From a virus: a DNA stretch of 64,000 nt. Below the pieces are notes generated by a model. It worked only from the letters and a program-made list of their open reading frames with translations. It had not been told where the DNA came from and searched no databases. The first letter of the stretch is position 1. Each line of letters opens with the position of its first letter. Location: IMG/VR virus record IMGVR_UViG_3300045988_164075, one strand, 5' to 3'. Shown piece after piece: positions 57,205 to 64,000 of this stretch. A program made the position numbers and the translations under genes.

Positions 57205-58935
57205 TTAGATTATTCTAGTATATCACATAGTTACTCTACTACCATTTCCTGAAATCATACTTCTAATCTCATAAATATTACCTGTACTTATTTGTCGAAT
57301 CATTAATGTTCCAGATTCATTAGTTTTCATATAAACTTCTGCATCTATCGTAACTCCCGTTGTAGTTAAAGTAGCATTGTCCCCAGATTCATTGGTAGAT
57401 TCTATTCCTGATGTTCCTCAGATAGACCATCGTCTATAATCAACTAATTCTGTTCCCGAAATCGAGTATAGCATTAAAGAAGGATTAGCATTGGCATTTT
57501 TTATCAAAGCAACTTTAATATTAGCCTCAGTAATACTTAACGAAATATTTCCAGCAGCAGAAGTAAAAGTTCCTTTTACACTAGTTGGTTTTATATTTGA
57601 TAAAAGTTTTCACGGAGCTCAAGATTCATCTATTTTTTGTCTATTCCAAATATTATCGTTTGAATCTCAAGCTAATTGATTAACTACATTAGTTTTTGTA
57701 AATACAATTAATGTCCCTGAAAGATTATTAGGAGAATTACTAGTAGATTCCTCATAAGAGAAAGTTCCAGAAGATATTTTTTCATTGAGATCAGTTGTTG
57801 TATTTCCATTTATTGGAAAATATATACTAGAAAGCTCAAGTATATTTCGGATATTTGTTTTTTCATCATCCGTTAAAGTTGAGATAGATGCGTTATATAA
57901 TGATAATTTGTCTATTTCGTAACTTTTTTCAGATTTAAATATTCCTGTTGTATTATCAAAACTATCTATTTTTATAGAATTATTTATAACATAATATACT
58001 AAAATATCATCAGTTTTATATAGATTAGCTAATACTGTTCCATTTAATGTAATATATTTAATAGCTAATGTTTCTTCGGAACTAATACTATCAAATAATG
58101 ATTTATTTGCAGTAGCATTAGTTCCTGTAGTTGTAGTATAAGTAATAACAGATAAGTTATTTTCTTTTAATTCATCTTTTGTAGCAAGATTTGAAATATC
58201 AGGTAATTCAGATTTATCTGCTTTACTTGCTAACGCATTAGTTAATTCAGAATTAGTAACCAAATCTGTTATATTAGGGATATCAGTTGTATCCGCTTTG
58301 TTATCTAATATATTTTGTAAATTTGTTATATCACTAATGACATGACTATGAATCTTATTAGCTTTATTATTTAATTCTTCTTTAGTCGCTAAATTTGTTA
58401 TGTTTGGAATTTCTGACTTATCTGCTTTAACATCTAATGTAGTTTGTAAATCAATTACATCAGAAATAGAATGTGTATGTATTTTAGAAGCTTTGCCATT
58501 CAATCTATCTACTAACTCTGTTTTAGTAGCTAAATTAGTTATATCAGGAATTTCTTCTTTAGTAACAAAATTAGTTTTATCTATAGTATAAGTTGATTTG
58601 TCTAATTTATTATCATTTAATATCTTTCCTTGATTAGCAGATAGTGCTTTACTTGCATTTTCTGTAGTTAAGTTATCTACTACTTCAACAGATTTTATAT
58701 TACTATCTACGTAATTTTTTACTGCTTTAGAACTTGGATAATGTACATCATCTGCACTATTTGTAATTTCTACTTCTTTTCTTAATATTGTTTCAAAATT
58801 AGCTATTTGAGCATTAAATTCTTCTTCAGTTCCTTTATATCCTCCTTCTTGTGCAGCTTCATAAGCAGATATTCCTGCAGTGCCAGGAAATATCTCTCAT
58901 TTTTGAGTTTGTTTATTAAAATACTTTACTGCCAT
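57205..58935 (-). CDS. tail fibre protein with HxH repeats (576 aa)
   Basis: ATG 58933-58935 (MAVKYFNKQTQK(W)EIFPGTAGISAYEAAQEGGYKGTEEEF). It is in frame through track ORF 57667..58503 (KIHTHSISD / KIHSHVISD and repeated IPNITNLATKEEL units). It continues through several TGA to TAA 57205-57207. The region was walked. Confidence 0.75.
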
Positions 58936-58943
58936 TTTGTTAT

Positions 58944-61900
58944 TTAAATTATCCCCCCTCCATTTTGATTTCAGGCGTATCCTTGAGTTTTTTCTACTCC
59001 ACTCATATCGTGTCATACAAAAGAAAAGTTAAGAGTTCTACCTGGACCTAAACTAGCATAATAAACAAATGAATTATTACCAGGTCCAGTTCCCTGAACA
59101 GTAGCTCAAGCAACATTAACAGAAAAGAACAAATAATCCTGTACATAAGTACCTGAGTATATAGTATATCCAGATTTCATTTTAGAAGTTCCTGTAGTCA
59201 TTACTGTCATAGAACAAGTACCTCCATTTCTATCTCCTCTCACAGGATTAAAAAATCCTGAATTAAAGGATGGCATCATAAGATAATTTTCTTCTTGATA
59301 AACTTTTATAGTAGCTACCTGTTGTTTTCCATTCATAATTACAGACACATTACTTGTAGTTAATAATGTATCTCCATTTGTAGCATTAGCTCCTAAACTA
59401 GGAGCAGTAACAGTGCCAGTTCTAGCATCAACATTTGTACCAGAATATGTAATCGATGCTCCTGACGTTATTGTACCACCTCCAGTAGTAGCTCCGTTAT
59501 ATCCATAAGTTTGAGAATATGATAAGTTTGGAGATACTGAACCACCTCCAGCAGGTGCATTTGGATAAGTAAAGTTAGTAATTGTTATAGGACCATAAGT
59601 TTTAGTTCCTGCACTCTGTTGAATTGTTAAATTAACGGTTTTAGTTTTTCCTTGATGATTTGCTGTAAATTTAACAGTACGTGTTTTTACCGTAGACGTA
59701 TTATTAGCAGAAACAGTAAGAATTGAACCGTTTATAGTTCATCCTGAAACATTTGTAGTATAAGTACATATTGCAGAATCAAGTATATTTTCATTTCCAG
59801 CACTATATCCTGAAGTATAAGTTACTTTTTGCGTTATACCAGTTATATAATTTGATAAATATACTTGCCCACCGCCGCCAGCTACAGAAATAGCAGATAT
59901 TTGATATGTTATATCTATATCTCCATAAGACTTACTATTAGCTTGTTGTTGAACTTTACCTGTAGTCGTTGAATTAATAGTTAATGTATTTCCTGAATAT
60001 GGACTCTTAGGAGTTCATGTATATTTAAGAGTTTTCGTAATTACAGGCGATGTTGTTACACCCGAAACTGTAGCACCTTTTGAATTTGCAGTTACTACTC
60101 CAGTAGAAGTATTAAGCGTCGCAAATGTTCCTGAAGATCCAGGTCAAGAATATGTTCTTGCCATACTGCCTGCTCCGTATGTTGCAGCAGGAGTTGTAGT
60201 TGTTGTTCCTCCTGATGTAAATGTAAAAGTTATAACATTATCACTATTCGTAGATGGACTAGAATTTCCTCCACCTGCTCCAATCTGAGTATATGTTAAG
60301 TTTTCTGTTTTATTAAATGCTACTTTTGTTACATAATTCGCTTGTTGATATATATCTACAGATTTAGTATCAGATGATACTCCATTCATTGTTATTACTA
60401 AATTTGCCTTAAGTACTACTCTCCTTGTAGTATACGTTGTACCACAAGAATTTGCTGTAACTACTCCCGTTGAAGCATTAATAGCACCCCCATTAACTGA
60501 ATTTGTACCAGTTCATTTAGCTGTAGCTCCTGATGTTAAATTAGATAGCGCTTCGGTGTAACCAGATGTATAATTTTGTGTTCTACTCTGTGTATAAGAT
60601 AATGTAGGACTTACTCCTGTTCCTGCTGCATTTATATCACTATAAGTTAAAGTATTAATAGTAGGTTTACCATAAGTAATAGATGTTTTAGCATTAGCTG
60701 CAGTATAAAACGTTGCCTGAGCTATAACTGTACCAGTTGCAGAACTCTGTCTTAAATATATTGTATAACTTTTTCGATCTCTAATTACATTATTGTAAGA
60801 AGTTTTATTTAATGTACTAGTAGTTGTACTAGAACTATTTGTATAGTTACTTTTACTTAATGATAAATAATCTGTTCCACTTAAAGTTAAATATGCAGTT
60901 CCAGTTCAATACTCTGTAGTTGCTGTTCCAACATCACCTGTACTATATACAGGAGTTTTTGTTCTTCTAATAGAACCTCAAGTAATTGTTTTAGATCCAG
61001 CTCCAGCGGGTAAATCTCCAGATGGAACAGTTAACGTTCCAGTTCAATTTCCATAATTATAACTTACTATTTCGTTAGCAGCTTGAGTTAAAGTTAGTGT
61101 AGCATTGGCAGAAATACTAGAATTTGAATATCTTAATGTAGCAGTTCTAGCTGCTCCAGCTACTGTAGTTCTATCTGCTGCAGTAACTTTTACTGCATAA
61201 TTATGATAAGAAGACTGAGCTATACTAAATCCAGTTCCAGATATTGTTCATATATTACCTGGTGCAACAGTTGTATCAAAATTAGTACTTTCAGATGTAT
61301 AAGTTAGATGAGCATAATACCCATCAATAGTTTGTCCTCCAACTGCAAACGTTGTTGTTTGATTTGTAGAATTTGCGTTAGTAATACTAGTTGCAGTTAC
61401 GGCATTAGCTTGTTGATAAACTACTATTGTATCTGTGTCTGTACTTGTAAGAGTATCTCCTCCAACTGAACTTGGATTAGTAAATTTTAAAGTTAAACTA
61501 GCGTTTACGCTAATACTTCTACGTGCCCCAATCACTGTAGTTCTGTTATCTCCAGTAACTATACCGCTAGAATTTACAGACATTCCTGTTGCAGAACCAC
61601 TATACGTTCTACTCACTACTGTTTGTGCTCAGAGACTATTAACTTCTGAATCAGCAGAGGTTTTTACAGTTTCCGATGAAAATACATATTTACATGCTCC
61701 TCTACCTTCAGGATTCTTAGTACCACCTTTAGCTGGAATATCACCTGCAGGATATGTTAAATTCGTTGTATAACCTGATTGTGGTTGAGCTGTAATTGAT
61801 TCTACTTTATTTAGTGCTTGAGTTGCTTTAATATCACTTCTACTATATGACCCTGTTTTAGTACCACCTAGCGTATAATTAGCAGAATGTGTTCAAGTAA

Positions 61901-64000
61901 GAGTAAACGTTCGAGTTATAGGATTTGACTGAGTTGCAGCAGATATTGTATAGCCCTTAGATGATACAACTACTTGACTACCAGCCATACCTGTAAAAGT
62001 ACCTGTCGGAGTCATTGAATAAACAGCATTTCCGTTTAATGTACCATATGTAGAAGCTGGAGTTGCAGAAGATGTAGATCCAGATGTAAATGTAAAAGTT
62101 TGAGCATATTGTCCTCCTCCCTGTGCAGCGTACGTGCCACCTTTAGCTGGAATTGTAGGATAGGTAATTGTTTCAGTACCTTGAGCTACTGCTATATTTG
62201 TTACATAATTAGCTGCTTGTGGTGGTTGAGCAAATACTTTAACTGTTTTCCCATTTAAAGTAAGATTTATTTCTGTTACTCTTCCTCTATGATCTGCAGT
62301 ACTAAGAGCACATAAATTATCTATATTAATAGTCATATTAGGAAGTGTTCAAGCCCCCGTAGAAGTATTAAGTCCAGTACTACTAATGCCTGCTTCTAAT
62401 ACTGTCATATAAGCTAAATCAACTGTGAGTGGATTTACTTCTGTTCCTGGGTTTCCATCACGTAAACTAAAAAAGAATACAGAACTTACAGTTCCTGTAC
62501 CATAAGTAACTTTTGCAGTATAATTCTGTCAATCTCCAGTACCCTGTGAGGATGTTAATCATTCAATAGTGCCTCCTGTACCTAAAGAATTATAACCTAA
62601 TTGAAATCTATAACCTTTAGGTACTTTTGCAACAAATGTACAATAATAGGTGTTGCTGGCAAGTCCAGTATAAGACATACCAAATCCTCCTAAATTAGGA
62701 TTTGTTCCAGAACCTTTGTTTTGCCAACGCATTATATATCCTCCGTTTACTGAAACGGGATTTGTTGCAGCAACTCTCGTTAAAGTACACTTGCCAGAAT
62801 TAGCATTATCATATACGAATACATTTTTTACATCTACTGTAAATGCAGGATTAGCTAATCACGGTTGAGATAACCTAGCAACAGGCGAAACAACTAAAGA
62901 CTGTTTATATGTAATAGTTGCTCCAGATGTAATATTATTAGTTGCTCCAGATGTATATGTAGTAGATTGCGAATAACTAACTGTTGGTACTCCAGAATCT
63001 CCACCATTAGCAGGAACAACTTTAGTATATCGAGCAAATACACTAGGTGTAGAATACGTAGCATTATTGGCTTGTTGTTGAATTGAATAAGCTAAACTTG
63101 CATTTCCATAAGAAGCAGTTCCTGTAGCAGTTAAAATGGTTCCTACTGTAGTTCCTCTAGAAGGAGCAGTAATCTTATTACCAGATAATGTTCATCCGTT
63201 TGGAGTAGAAGTAGCAGATAATATAGGAGTAACAGAAATACTACTTGTTGCTGTAGAAGATCCGTTTCAATAGGTATTATAAGTACCGCCTATTGTAACA
63301 CTTCCGCCAGAAGCAGGAATTGTTGTAATTCCACTTAATACTAATTCGTATCGAACTGTTCCAGCAGATTGAGTTATAGTAACTTGAGCTTCTTTTCCAT
63401 CATAACTAACTTTATATATTCCAGATCTAGTTGTTGTAGTTTTATTCTCATCAAAAGTTATAACTCTTTCAGATAATGAACCAGTTCCACTTATTTTACT
63501 AAATGTAGCTAATGAATTAATGTCTATTGTTTGAGTTTCACTAGAAGAATTTGTTTGATATCAATCACTACAAGTTCCATTAGAAAAAATAGCTCTTTTA
63601 TATGTAATACTTCCTTTAGTTTGAGTAGCAGTAGCAGATAAAGCTACAGTACCTCCTGTATTAGCTATATTTGTTGTAGGTGATTTAGTAATATTTATAG
63701 AAGTAGTAACTCAATCTTCACTAGTTTCTGTTTTTTCTTCTTCTGATATTTTATAATAAAATCCGTTTCATGCAGCTAAATCAAATAATGGAGATATATC
63801 TCCTTCACAAATTCCGCAAGAATAAAATTGTACTGTACCTAAAATGCTATTAATTCCAGCTGCATAATTATCTTTGAATACACGATCGTTTCTGACATTA
63901 TAATACAAATATCATCCGTTTCCTAAATCAATTTTCTTATCGTTAATTGTAGGAGATAGTGTAGCATTTGTAGCTGTTCACTGACTAAATATTCAATTAT
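58944..64000 (-). CDS. giant repeat-rich tail fibre, 5'-partial (>=1685 aa in window), with BACON/Ig-like tandem modules
   Basis: One frame is open from the window edge (64000) to TAA 58944-58946. All 84 sequence lines were walked as triplets and only TGA interrupts. Modules recur with ...V.V/I.QQ.AN.V... strands (IKVYQEENY, DIYQQANYVT, VVYQQANAVT, LTIQQSAGT), PA.GG loops and SG(W)T motifs. Confidence 0.8.

Noticed and set aside
1-64000. TGA could be read as Gly (code 25) or selenocysteine instead of Trp.
   Set aside because: TGA contexts are aromatic or hydrophobic (LAI-x-IMDDG, SG-x-TINGS, EEP-x-IKR-x-T). TGG is otherwise scarce in the TGA-rich genes, and I saw no SECIS-like recurrent hairpins downstream of TGAs. 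Gly is not formally excluded without alignments.
1-64000. This could be a phage of a genetic-code-4 host (Mycoplasma or Spiroplasma) rather than a recoded gut phage.
   Set aside because: It has Bacteroidetes-type TTTG-N19-TAnnTTTG promoters, BACON-like tail-fibre repeats and a crAss-like gene order. TGA is also selectively avoided in the most abundant genes, which would be unnecessary in a native code-4 host. This is not excluded without host prediction.
1-64000. I searched by eye for a suppressor tRNA, other tRNAs, rRNA, an integrase or att sites, and CRISPR arrays.
   Set aside because: I saw no GTTCGAAT/T-loop-plus-acceptor architecture or other signatures. A computational scan (tRNAscan-SE or ARAGORN) is still needed, since the suppressor tRNA expected for TGA decoding is probably elsewhere in the genome.

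Overview
This is an AT-rich 64-kb piece of a tailed-phage genome whose gene content and order look crAss-like (Crassvirales-type). A short plus-strand block (1-1575) converges on a bidirectional terminator (~1588-1630) with one very long minus-strand virion/late operon (64000 -> 1628). The supplied ORF track looks shattered because TGA is used as a sense codon (best fit Trp). With TGA read through, the minus-strand fragments collapse into 26 tightly packed genes plus 3 intron-encoded endonucleases. They include a >=1685-aa 5'-partial repeat-rich tail fibre and 1047-, 576-, 1095- and 1519-aa tail proteins. A terminal run of giant proteins (1380, 606, 2682, ~3000 and 1481 aa) carries SF1-helicase, NADxxxD/HExxH and PD-(D/E)XK-like motifs. 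I find eight group I introns, seven with the classic P/Q/R/S core and one divergent. Six of them split the putative major capsid protein gene into seven exons, one only 45 nt long. Two split the ~3000-aa gene. Three introns carry homing endonucleases (2 GIY-YIG, 1 LAGLIDADG) that themselves use TGA=Trp. Bacteroidetes-style promoters (TTTG-N19-TAnnTTTG) and several intrinsic terminators are visible. I found no rRNA, tRNA or CRISPR array by eye. Splice sites and small motifs were derived by hand and may be off by a few nt. Product names rest on motif recognition from memory, not on searches.
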